Assembly (NCBI GenBank): GCA_001600695.1
Contig: BCKQ01000012.1
Location: 274,808 to 311,620, forward strand
DNA from: Ascoidea asiatica JCM 7603
Taxonomy: Eukaryota > Fungi > Ascomycota
Length of the DNA: 36,813 nucleotides
Direction: 5' to 3'
Shown here: one piece after another, positions 10,721 through 21,700 of the stretch
Layout of the letters: each line of letters opens with the position of its first letter
How positions within the stretch are numbered: position 1 is the first letter of the stretch
Position numbers and translations under genes: made by a program
The notes under the pieces: generated by a model
Seen by the model: only the letters and a program-made list of their open reading frames with translations
Databases searched by the model: none
What the model was told of the DNA's origin: nothing

Positions 10721-13700
10721 TTAAAAAAAGAATAAAATAAAAGAGGAAAGAATAAAAAATAAACTAGAAGTGATTGTTTTGGAACCAGAGTTGGCTTCAA
10801 TTATTGAAGGTGTAGTTTGTTGACTTTCAACTAACAAACTTGTACTTGATGAGGCAAAAACATTTGAACTGTCTGTAGTATATGAATCTACCTTAGACTC
10901 AGAAGCTGTAGCAGCAATAGCAGTGGTATATGTGTAACATGAATCATTTTCACATGTTGAAACAACTGTTAAGCTGGTTTCAGTAAGATATTCTGAAATA
11001 GTTTCTGGAGTATATGGTACATTAGTAGTATAAGTAGAAACTACTGATCCAGAAGAATACACATAACTGACATCAACAGTTGATTCTGTAGAAATTACTG
11101 GAACATTGGTAGTATAAGTTGAAACTACTGACCCAGAAGAATATACATAAGTGACATCAGTAGTTGATTCTGTAGAAACTTCTGGAACATTGGTGGTATA
11201 TGTCATTACGATGCTTCCGGATGAGTAGACATAAGTTGCATCAGTTGTTGGAGTTTCTTCAATTGGAACAGATGTTGTAAAAGTAGATACCACTGAGCCA
11301 GAAGAGTAAAGAAGAGTCACTTTACTGCATGGAACTTCGGATGTTGATGTTACGATAATAGGAATAGTTGTAGTGTAGACAGAGACCACTGAACCAGAAG
11401 AATAAGTGATAGTTTCCTCAGTGCATGGTGTTTCAACAACAGGCACAGTTGTAGTATATGTTGAAACAATGGTTCCTGAAGAGTAAATGACTGTGATATC
11501 AGTACTAGATTCTTCAATGATTGAACTTGTTTTGGAGTATTCTGACTGTGAGGTGTAAGTAGTATCACTTGATGAGCTTTCAGAAGCAGGAACAGATGTT
11601 GTGTAACTTGAAATAATAGAGTCAGAAGAATAAATAGAGGTAATTTCACTATATGTTGCTGTACTTAAAGAAGAGTATATGGTGATAGATTCAGTAGCAG
11701 TTGTCTCGGCAGTACATTCACTTGTAAAAACAGATCCTTCGGAGGTAAATAAGCTATAAGAATAAGTTTCAGTAACACTCATTGTATTACCAGTAGAGTC
11801 TGTGGTAGTAATAGTTGTAACATATGGAATGCATATTGATGAGGTAGAAGCTATTGGATTAATGCTAGAGTAACTAGTAGTGGATGGAGATGAGCAAAAT
11901 TTGGTGATAATAGTTCCTTCAGAAGTAACCATAGAGTAAGAAATAATTTCAGTAGAAACAATAGAAGAGCCAGAGGCATCAGTAGTAGAAACAGTAGTAG
12001 TTAAAGGAGTACATCCAGTAACTGAAGATGAAATCAATTTAGAAGAAGATGATGATGATGATGATGATGATGATGAGTCTGGGGAAGTGCAAAATTTGGT
12101 GAGGGTGGTTCCTTCGGATGTAACTTGGGAATATGATAAAGTTTCAATGGAAACAGAGGAAGAACCTGAAGCATCGGTAGTGGTAATTGTTGTAGTAAAA
12201 GGAGTGCAGGCACTAGATGTAGATGAAATTAACTCAGATGAAGAAGAGACTTGGGAGGTACAGAATTTAGTGATGATACTTCCTTCGGATGTAACTTCTG
12301 AGTATGATAATGTTTCAGTGGACACAGTTGAATAACCAGAGACATCGGTGGTAGATATAACAGTAGTGAAAGGAGTACAACCAGTAACCGAGGAGGAAAT
12401 CACTTGCGATGAAGAAGAAACTGGGGAGGTACAGAATTTGCTAACAATACTTCCTTCTGATGTAACTTCTGAATAAGATAAAGTTTCAGTAGAATAAATT
12501 GTTGAGCCAGAAGTATCAGTAGTAGTTATTGTTGTTGTAAAAGGAGTGCAACCAGTAACAGAAGATGAAATTACTTGAGATGAAGAAGAAACTGGAGAGG
12601 TACAAAATTTGGTAACTATAACTCCTTCAGATGTGCTTTGGGAGTATGATAAAGTTTCAGTAGAAACAATTAAGGAGCCTTCAGAGTTTGTTGTCGATAT
12701 AAAAGTAGTTAGAGGAGTGCAACCAGTAGCCGAAGATGAAACCAATTCAGAAGATGTTGGAATAGTACAGAAACTGGTGATTATAGTTCCTTCAGAGGTA
12801 ACTTTTGAGTAAGATAATGTTTCAGTAGAAACAGTTGAAGAACCTTCGGAATTTGTGAAAGTAATAGTAGTAGTTAAAGGAGTGCATCCACTAGCTGAAG
12901 TTGAAATTAATTGAGATGAAGATGAAGAAATTGGAGAAGTGCAGAATTTGGTAACAATAGTTCCTTCTGATGTAACTTGAGAGTATGATAAAGTTTCTGT
13001 AGATACTATAGAAGAACCTGAAGCATCAGTAGTGGTAACCGTTGTTGTCAAAGGAGTACATCCACTAACTGAAGATGAAAGTAGTTGAGAGGAAGAAGAA
13101 ACAATATAAGATGAAGATAAAACAGTAGACGATGAAATAGGGGTGTAACAACCTACACTTGAAAATGTTGAACCTTCAGAATCTGTAGACATATATGTAG
13201 CAAGAGTACATGAGGTAACAAATGGACTAAGAGATGAAGATGTGACAGAAACCGATGAAAAAGAAGGTAAAGATGAAGATGAAATCATAGAACTAGAACC
13301 TATCGAACTAGAAAGTGAAGAAACCGAACTTGAAGAAATAGAAATTGTTGAACTAGAGCTTGGGGTAATATAAGCACTGGAAGATGTAATAGAACTAGAA
13401 CTTGTAGGTGTAGAAGAACTAGATGAGCTAGAACTTTCTAGGGTAGAAGAACTGGAACTTGTAGGTGTAGAAGAGCTTGAAGAACTTGAAGAGCTAAGAG
13501 AACTGGAGCTTGAGCTTGAGGTGCTAGCAGTGGAGGATAAACTCGAGCTACTAACAGTTGATAAAGTAGATGAAGGACTTTCAGGAGTAGTAGAAGAAGT
13601 TGTTGAAGATTTATGAACATAAGTAATATCCGAGAGTGGAGTTGTGACAGTTGCTCTACCACAAGAAGAAGAACCAGAATCATCAGTTGTGCAAGTTTTA

Positions 13701-14032
13701 TAAACGATAGTTGTTAAGCCATCAGTAGTTGTAGAAGTTGTATCAGTATCAGTAGATGTTGATGTTAAAGTTATAGATACAGTGTGTGAATAAGTAGTTG
13801 TATCGACCTCACTTGTTGTATAAGTACATGTATTATTTTCCCCGATAGCATCATCAGTACATTCAGTTGTTATTGTGACTGGAGTTGTATAAGTTTCAGT
13901 GGTTAAGATACAAGTTGTTGTTGTTACTAAAACAGTGTGAGTATTTGTTTTAGTGACAGTAATGGTAGCAGCATTGATATATTGAATTAATAAAAATCCT
14001 AATAAAAGGAAATTAAAACTATTGAACTTCAT
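10721..14032 (-). CDS. GPI-anchored Ser/Thr-rich cell-wall adhesin/flocculin-like protein with two repeat types
   Basis: N-terminal signal peptide (MKFNSFNFLLLGFLLIQYINA), Cys-containing Thr-rich N-terminal region, Ser-rich stalk, internal repeats, a TVVSTCENDSC flocculin type-3-like motif, and a GPI signal (EANSGSKTITSSLFFILSSFILFFF). Confidence 0.88.
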   Translation of the reverse strand: MKFNSFNFLLLGFLLIQYINAATITVTKTNTHTVLVTTTTCILTTETYTTPVTITTECTDDAIGENNTCTYTTSEVDTTTYSHTVSITLTSTSTDTDTTSTTTDGLTTIVYKTCTTDDSGSSSCGRATVTTPLSDITYVHKSSTTSSTTPESPSSTLSTVSSSSLSSTASTSSSSSSSLSSSSSSSSSTPTSSSSSTLESSSSSSSSTPTSSSSITSSSAYITPSSSSTISISSSSVSSLSSSIGSSSMISSSSLPSFSSVSVTSSSLSPFVTSCTLATYMSTDSEGSTFSSVGCYTPISSSTVLSSSYIVSSSSQLLSSSVSGCTPLTTTVTTTDASGSSIVSTETLSYSQVTSEGTIVTKFCTSPISSSSSQLISTSASGCTPLTTTITFTNSEGSSTVSTETLSYSKVTSEGTIITSFCTIPTSSELVSSSATGCTPLTTFISTTNSEGSLIVSTETLSYSQSTSEGVIVTKFCTSPVSSSSQVISSSVTGCTPFTTTITTTDTSGSTIYSTETLSYSEVTSEGSIVSKFCTSPVSSSSQVISSSVTGCTPFTTVISTTDVSGYSTVSTETLSYSEVTSEGSIITKFCTSQVSSSSELISSTSSACTPFTTTITTTDASGSSSVSIETLSYSQVTSEGTTLTKFCTSPDSSSSSSSSSSSSKLISSSVTGCTPLTTTVSTTDASGSSIVSTEIISYSMVTSEGTIITKFCSSPSTTSYSSINPIASTSSICIPYVTTITTTDSTGNTMSVTETYSYSLFTSEGSVFTSECTAETTATESITIYSSLSTATYSEITSIYSSDSIISSYTTSVPASESSSSDTTYTSQSEYSKTSSIIEESSTDITVIYSSGTIVSTYTTTVPVVETPCTEETITYSSGSVVSVYTTTIPIIVTSTSEVPCSKVTLLYSSGSVVSTFTTSVPIEETPTTDATYVYSSGSIVMTYTTNVPEVSTESTTDVTYVYSSGSVVSTYTTNVPVISTESTVDVSYVYSSGSVVSTYTTNVPYTPETISEYLTETSLTVVSTCENDSCYTYTTAIAATASESKVDSYTTDSSNVFASSSTSLLVESQQTTPSIIEANSGSKTITSSLFFILSSFILFFF
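11012..11650 (-). repeat. About 7 copies of a 27-32 aa coding repeat TDxTxxYSSGSVVSTYTTxVP
   Basis: Seen in the translation; the DNA unit is about 81-96 bp (e.g. actactgacccagaagaata recurring). Confidence 0.85.
11705..13072 (-). repeat. 8 copies of a ~57-aa (171-bp) coding repeat GCTP[LF]TT..TTD.SG...STETLSYS.VTSEG....KFCTSP
   Basis: 171-bp spacing seen (aggagt at 12371 and 12542); two Cys per unit; one further degenerate unit near 13130-13230. Confidence 0.92.
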
Positions 14033-14531
14033 TGTAAAATTATTAACGAAAGAATAGAGAATATAATAGCTTTTTTTGATTATAATAAGAAATTTTCAAT
14101 AAATTTTCAAACATTAGGAAAAAAACAAAAATATATAATTTATTTTTCAAGAGAAATTATCACCATTATTTATATTACAATTTTTTTTGCAATTGAATAA
14201 AACTATTTTAACTGAAAAATAATATCAATTTGGTAGTTTCTATAATAAAAAGATTATTGAAACCATAAAGACATCAAAAATTAAAAGCCTAATAACTTGA
14301 TAATTATGATTTAATTCTTTTTTTTTCATTTTCAAACACTTGAGAAAAATATAAGGTTTGCATTAGGAAATTTATTCACAGAAACTTCATCTTGAACCAA
14401 AAGTGTACCAACGTTAAAAATTTCTTTTTTATAGATATTTATTAATATACTTATAGAACTATTTGATTTTCATATTCGACGCATGGAAGCAGTTATAAGA
14501 AAGTTTAAAAAATTATAGGTGTAAACGCACC

Positions 14532-14545
14532 TTCCTAATTGGGAA
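14532..14545. promoter_or_regulatory. Mcm1-type (MADS/CArG) site TTCCTAATTGGGAA
   Basis: Near-palindromic match to the yeast Mcm1 P-box, about 500 bp upstream of the adhesin ATG (14032). Confidence 0.5.
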
Positions 14546-16897
14546 CTCAAAGGAAAAATCTGTATATTAATTTCCCCGGAAATTAAGTTTGATACAGTAA
14601 TCATTTTTCTTTTTATTTGATTTTAATGTAAGTATATTAAATTTTCCGAATATTATTATGAGATTCTGAAATTTTGTTTAGGGATTGTGAAGTAAAAGGC
14701 TCAAACTGATTATAAAAAGAAGGTTTTAAATTGAAAAATTCATAAACATTTACATAGACATAAACATATACATATTCACATATTTTCTTATATTTTTATA
14801 AATGAAAGGATGAGTTGTGTTATTATAGTTTAATATGAAATAGAATAAATGAAATTTATATATTGATTATTAGTTGATAATTGAATTCCAAACGCATAAA
14901 AATGGCACTCTATAATGTTTGATACACTGTTTTGAAATAAGGAAAAAAAAGAAAAAAGAGTCAAACAGCCGATAAATTTGATTCTGATTTTGATATTGAT
15001 TTTGCTTTTAATACTATTTTTGATTTTCTCTCTGATATCTTGAATTTTTAAAAAGAAATTTTTATTTGAAAAATGCTACTTTGATATGAAATTGGGATTG
15101 AAATTGGGATTAAAAATTGAAATGAAGTTGTAATTCAAATTGAAATTTTATTTGGAGATAGAGGTACTTTTAAATTACATTAAAATCATAATTACGTCTT
15201 TTAAAATACAAATACGTATCTATGAAAACGACTTTCAGATTTGTTAATTGTTGAGACACGATAAGTTGGTTAGTAAAAATTAATCAAATTAAGTAACGAG
15301 ATGAATCTAAACAGGAAATTTAATGAAGGGACTTCAATCGAATTAACACTATTTTTAAATCGAATGATTAAAATGTAATTGCGAAATTATATTTTTAAGT
15401 ATTATTAATAAATAATGACATTTGAATGTTTTAAGTTTCCTTTCCTTGAATTGAGATAAAATATTGGGAAATAATTAAATAGTTAAAATAAAATTAATCT
15501 AAACGCTTGTCCACCAATATAGTTTATTTATAAGTTATTATTGAAAGCATTGAATACATAAGTTACCTAAGGATTAATGAAATTGTAGATCTAAAATAGA
15601 AATAGTACAAACTCTTCTTATTTTCTACTAGTATGATATTCTTTAATCATTTTCTATTAGATTCATAAGTTCATATTCTACCCAATATTTTTTTTACAGC
15701 TTTTTAAATTTACTTCTTTGTTTATCTGTTTACTTTTAAAAATAATAAGTGGAACCGTAAAAATGGATTCAAATAAGGTGCCGTGACAGTTGGCGCGTTA
15801 AGTGTTTTTAGCCCAAACAAGATGCTTTAAGGTGCATCATTTGTGTCAGATTAGCTGAGAAGAATGTGGCGGTGCTGGTCATGGCTAAGGGGTTTGAAGG
15901 TCAGCCGAAAGAGAGGCCCGTTTTCCCGCTTGTTAGATGTTCGGCAAGGGGTTTGGGATCTTTGTTCGCTTAGTGTCTTGCTTGCTCGTGTTTTGTTCGC
16001 CTGCAAGGCAGTGAATTTGTTGTTCCTTGTTTTTCCGTTGAAATAGTATGTGTAACTATTTCTTTGATACTCTCTTACGTGACCTTTAATTCTCATGTCA
16101 GGTGTTAGGGCTCTAACGTAGTGTACCAGAGATAATCCCTTATATTGCCATATCACCACTGCCATATTCGAAAAAATTTATTAGGCTACGATCACTTTTC
16201 GAAGGACTTAATCTTAGCTTAGGACTTTCATTTCTTTGCCCTTTAGTTTCTGTCGCCGTTTCAGAGCTAAATACTTTTTAGACTTGCTTCAAAGAATTAC
16301 TAATGCCCCACCATAATTGAATATATCTGACATTTTATTTCTTTTTCTATATCCGATAGCCTATTGACATTCCTTCAAAACCCATTTGTCTATTGAAAGT
16401 AATTGCCTACAATATTATTATAATTCTTAATTTTATTGGAGTTTGAGCTAAATTAGCCTATATTAATTAATCCCAAATGACCTCCATTGAGAAAATATTA
16501 CCTTTTGAAATATTATAATGAAGTGTGTTGTATTCAAATCCAACTACCTATCACTAAAACTCCTAGCTTTAAATTTTAGGCTTTTCACTTCATTCATATT
16601 TTCAAATCCCTAAATTCTCACATTGACTTCATATATTTGATTGAGAGTTAATATTATTGGTTGAATTCGGATAGTTTTGTGTTTTTATACTTTTTTTAAT
16701 TCACTTTTGTGTTAGAAAAATAGTATAAATATTATTAATATTTCTTTATTAATTTTTATTTCTTGGTTGTTATTTTTTTTTTTTTTTTTTTCAACCACAT
16801 ATTTCTAGTTATCCTTAGACATTCAATCAATAAATTAAAAACTCTAATCTATTTACTTTTTTTATATAGAAATATTTTTTAATCATTAAATTCAAAA

Positions 16898-17998
16898 ATG
16901 CTTTCAATTAATTCAAACAATGGAGTTTTAATTCATCAATTTCCAAACACATTAAAACTTTTTTCAATTAATTCTTTAAATAAAAATTTAATTTCCTCTT
17001 CAATTTCAAATAATAATGTTTCTGGTAAAAGATTTACAACAATAATTGCTGAAAATCAAATAAATTTAAAAAAATCTTGTTATAAAGATTCTATTCATAA
17101 ACTTGATAATGAAATTGAACATTCTTCAATTTATTTAAATGAAAAAAATGAAATTTTAACAAATCCACCTTTTAAACATCCTTCATTCGATAAAATTGAT
17201 ATGGAAAATATAAAAATTTCTCATAGAACTCCAAAAAATTTTAGAGATAAATTTGCTAGAAGTTTAGTGCTTTCAATTAGAAGTTTATATGATTTATTTA
17301 CATTCTATAGACATCCAAAAAATCTAGAAGAACAATTAAATCCAGGAATTTACAAAATGACTCCAGAAAAATGGTTAACAAGATTCATTGTTTTAGAAAG
17401 TGTTGCAGGTATTCCAGGTATGGTTGCTGGTTTTATTAGACATTTACATTCTTTAAGATTATTAAGAAGAGATAAAGCCTGGATTGAAAGTTTGATTGAT
17501 GAAGCTTATAATGAAAGAATGCATTTATTAACTTTCATTAAAATTGGTAAACCTGGTATTATAACAAAATGTATTTTATATGCAGCTCAAGGTTTATTTT
17601 GTAATATATTTTTCTTATCCTATTTGGTGAGTCCATTAACATGTCATAGATTTGTTGGTTATTTAGAAGAAGAAGCTGTTGCAACTTATTCAAGATGTAT
17701 TGAAGATATTGATCTTGGTTTATTAAATGATTTTGAAAATTATAAAGTACCAGAAATTGCAAAAACTTATTGGAATTTGAAAGATGATGCTTCAATGAGA
17801 GATTTAATATTATATGTCAGAGCTGATGAAGCAAAACATAGAGAAGTTAATCATACATTAGCAAATTTGAAAACTAATGGTGAAGATAGAAATCCATTTG
17901 CTTTAGAAATTCAATCTACTAAACCACAACCACGTCTTGATTTAAAAACTCATAAACCTCAAGGTTGGGAAAGAAATGAAATTATTTCTCCAAATTAA
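16898..17998 (+). CDS. AOX1: Mitochondrial alternative oxidase (cyanide-resistant ubiquinol oxidase)
   Basis: Di-iron motifs LESVAGIPGMV, EAYNERMHL, LEEEAVATY, RADEAKHREVNH; N-terminal targeting-like region; fungal C-terminal PQGWER motif. AOX here means alternative oxidase, not alcohol oxidase. Confidence 0.95.
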   Translation: MLSINSNNGVLIHQFPNTLKLFSINSLNKNLISSSISNNNVSGKRFTTIIAENQINLKKSCYKDSIHKLDNEIEHSSIYLNEKNEILTNPPFKHPSFDKIDMENIKISHRTPKNFRDKFARSLVLSIRSLYDLFTFYRHPKNLEEQLNPGIYKMTPEKWLTRFIVLESVAGIPGMVAGFIRHLHSLRLLRRDKAWIESLIDEAYNERMHLLTFIKIGKPGIITKCILYAAQGLFCNIFFLSYLVSPLTCHRFVGYLEEEAVATYSRCIEDIDLGLLNDFENYKVPEIAKTYWNLKDDASMRDLILYVRADEAKHREVNHTLANLKTNGEDRNPFALEIQSTKPQPRLDLKTHKPQGWERNEIISPN

Positions 17999-18485
17999 GT
18001 TAATTTAATTCTTATAAATATAGTCTTTTTTTTTTCTCTTCTTTCTAATGCCCTTCCATATTTTTCTTTTTCTTTTTTAATTCTTCTATAAATCAATTAC
18101 TTTTCTTTATACAATACTTTTCTAGATACAGTAATAAATAAATATGCAGTATATAAATGTAGCCGCAACCTGGCCAATGAGAGCTCTTTCTTCCATAATT
18201 AAAGGGCACAGGGCTGATATTAAAAACAATTAGGGCAAAAGCCTTTTTGAGTGTGTTCAATTCCGGGTTAAAAAAATTGTCATGTGACATTTTTAAGTGA
18301 GATCCGGCTCATCTAGTTAATTTAGGCTTTGAAGTGCATTCAAGCTGTGTTTGACTTTCATTTTACATACAAATCTTAATAAATTCACCAAATTATTCAA
18401 AATCAACAGAATCAGCAAAAGAAGCATAATGATCAAGGCCATTGCCTCCCGCTATAATTTTCCTTCCACTTTATTTCCTTTCTAT

Positions 18486-18494
18486 GACACAAAA
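18486..18494 (+). promoter_or_regulatory. Middle sporulation element (Ndt80/Sum1 MSE) GACACAAAA
   Basis: Matches gNCRCAAAW about 235 bp upstream of the FKS3-type ATG, consistent with the known sporulation role of FKS3. Confidence 0.5.
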
Positions 18495-18726
18495 ATAGAT
18501 TTATTCTGTCGCTTTATGGTTTAATATGATTAAAACAAATAAATGAAATATAACTATGTATTTCATTGAAATTAATTTTCAATTCAAATTAATAATGCCT
18601 TTTTATATTTTAAATCTTTATTCTGTATATCAATACTTTGGTATTTTAGTTTTATTTTTTATCTAATTCAATTGCATTCAATTTTAACTAATTTTCTTTT
18701 GAATTACATATTAATCATTTTTAAAA

Positions 18727-21700
18727 ATGGGGAAAAAAAAAAATATTTATTCAGGTAATGAAGATCATAATTCTTCTAATGATGATTTTTCTCCAGATGA
18801 TGAAAGAACCAATCAAATGAATAATTATGAATCAAATAATAATAATAATTATAATAATAACACTACTATAAACGATAATATAGATGATAATATAGATGAT
18901 AATATAGATGATAATATCGATGAAAATATTGATGAAAATATTGATGAAAATATTGAAGAAAATATTGATGAAAGACAATATATGCAGGCGCCTTTATCTA
19001 CAGGTATTGCAAATTCAGGATATCCTGATTCTAATTTTGAGCAAGATCAAGAAGAAGAAAAAAGAAATAATCTAAAATTTCCAAGTAAAGAATTTCCAAG
19101 TCACAGATATCCAAATTCAAAATATCCAATACATGAACAAAAAATTCCAACTCATTATAATGAAGATGAAGATCCAATTATTGATTATGATGAAAATTAT
19201 CCAGCTCTAAGAAATTATAAACCAATTAATAAAAATTTTGATAATAATACAGATATTAAAGTTCTTGATGTAGATACTTCTGATATTAACACTATTGAAA
19301 CTGAGTCTACAAGTAATGATAGTGATAATAATAATGTTAATAATGATAATGATAAAGATAAGGATATTATAGATAAAAATAATAATTCAACAGATAAAGA
19401 AGATGATAAGTTTAATCAAAGTTTACCAATTGAAATTGAAAAAGTTAAAGAGATTTTTGAAAATTTACAAAATAAATTAGGTTTTCAAAAACAAAATAAA
19501 GAAAATGTTTTAGATCACTTTTTAAAACTTTGGGATTCAAGAGCAAGTAGAGTTTCTTCTCAAATTGCTTTAAATACAATTCACGCTGATTATATTGGTG
19601 GTAAAAATTCTAATTTTAGAAAATGGTATTTTGCTTCAATCTTACATATTGATGGTCTCCAAGACTTAATAATACCAGATGATCTAAATCCGAAATTCAA
19701 TAAAAGAATCAGCAAGAAAGAGTTGAAAGAAATAAAGAAAAAAAAAAGAGAAGACAAAGTAAAAAAAAAAGAAGAAGAAAAAAAAAATAAAACGGGAACA
19801 CCAAACAAAGAATCTAATGATCTATCGAATACGATAAAAGTTCAAATTATAGGAAAAGACGAAGATGATGAGAAAAAATATGTAAAAGAAGCTAGCGAAG
19901 ATAAAAAAGATATAATTTTAGTGCTTTCTGATAAAAAAAAAAATCAAGTAAGAGAAAGAGACTTTAAAACTTTAACAGATCAAATTAATGGACAAAAATT
20001 AGCTGAGCTTGAAGAAACTTGGAGACTAAGAATGCAATATCTTACATCAGAGGAATGTATAACCCAAATTGCTTTATATTTGTTAATATGGGGTGAAGCA
20101 AATCAAGTAAGATTTATGCCAGAATGTTTATGTTTTATTTTCAAAATATCTTATGATTATTATGTTTCTGATTTATGTCAAAAAAATGAAAATAATCTAC
20201 CAGAGTTTGATTTCTTAGATAGAGTTATAACTCCCATATATAAATATATTAGAGACCAAGTTTATTCTTATGATCCAAATACTAATAAATTATTAAGAAA
20301 AGAAAAAGATCATGAAAAAATTATCGGTTATGATGATATTAATCAATTATTCTGGTATAGACAGGGTCTGAAAAGAATTATTCTCAAAGATAAGGAATCT
20401 CTAATGGAATTGCCAAGACATGAAAGATTTTTAAAGCTTCATGAAGTTCAATGGGATAAAGTATTTCGTAAAACTTATCTTGAAAAAAGAACTTGGGTTC
20501 ATGCTTTAACAAATTTCAATAGAATATGGATTATTCATTTTTCAATGTTCTGGTTTTACACTTCTTTTAACTCTCCAACTTTATATACTAAGAATTATAT
20601 TCAAACTGTAAATAACCAACCCATTGCTCAAACTACATTTTCAGTTGTTTCATTAGGTGGTACAATTGCTTGTTTATTGGAATTTGCAGCAACTTTAACA
20701 GAATCTTGTTTTATTCCTAGATCTTGGCATGGAAGACAGTCTATTGCTCCAAGGCTATTCTTTATTTTAGCACTTTTGGTTATTAATGTTAGTCCTTCAA
20801 TTTATATCCTTGGAATGATACCTATTGATAAATATTCTAAGCCTGCTTTAATACTTTCAATATGTCAATTTGTAATTGCTATAATAACTTTTATTTTTTT
20901 AGCAATTACTCCTCTAGGTGCATTATTTGGTTCATATTTACGTGACAAGAAAAATCCTTTTAAATTCTATGCTTCAAGGGAATTCACTGCTGCTTTTCCA
21001 AAACTAAGAGGTAGAGGAAGATGGTTTTCTTATATTCTTTGGATGTGTGTATTCGGTGCAAAATTTACTGAATCATATTTTTTTCTCACTTTATCTTTGA
21101 GGGATCCAATAAGAAATTTATCTATTATGGAAATGACAAGATGCATAGGAGATTTTTGGTTAGGAACTTTTTTCTGTAAAAATCAGGCAAGAATTGTTTT
21201 ACTTTTATTGTATATTGCCGATTTGGTTTTATTTTTTCTAGATACCTATCTTTGGTATATTGTTTGCAATTGCTTTTTTTCTGTTGGATTATCTTTTAAT
21301 ATTGGTATTTCTATTTTAAGTCCTTGGAGAAATATTTATGTTAGGCTTCCCAAAAGAATATATACTAAAATCATGGCAACAAAGGATATGGAGGTTCGAT
21401 ATAAACCTAAAATATTGGTTGCTCAAATTTGGAATGCAATCATAATATCAATGTATAGAGAACATTTACTACCAATTGATAATGTTCATAATCTTCTATA
21501 TCATCAACAGCCATCTGATGAAATGAATAAGAGAGCAATTAAGACCCCAAACTTTTTTGTTTCACAAGATGACAAAAAATCTCATACAGATGAGTTCTTT
21601 CCAAAAAGATCAGAAGCACATAGGAGGCTATCATTTTTTGCCCAATCTTTGTCTACAAATTTACCAGAGACACTATCTGTTTCTGCAATGCCATCCTTTA

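Noticed and set aside
11350-13683. Short overlapping ORFs within the adhesin gene (and 35486-35740, 36191-36562 in its paralog)
   Set aside because: Shadows of Ser/Thr repeat coding sequence.
15851-16165. 104-aa and 60-aa ORFs in the GC island; likewise 211-396, 7178-7393, 18093-18290, 28751-28966 and 34898-35213
   Set aside because: They coincide with GC-rich promoter islands where stops are rarer; codon usage is unlike the real genes and no motifs are recognisable.
15895-16235. RNase P/MRP/SRP-like fragments (GAAGGTCAG; GAAAGTCC on the minus strand) and a Neurospora-type AOX induction motif
   Set aside because: No matching P4 partner strand was found; the CCG spacings are 10 and 5, not the 7 of CGG-N7-CGG.
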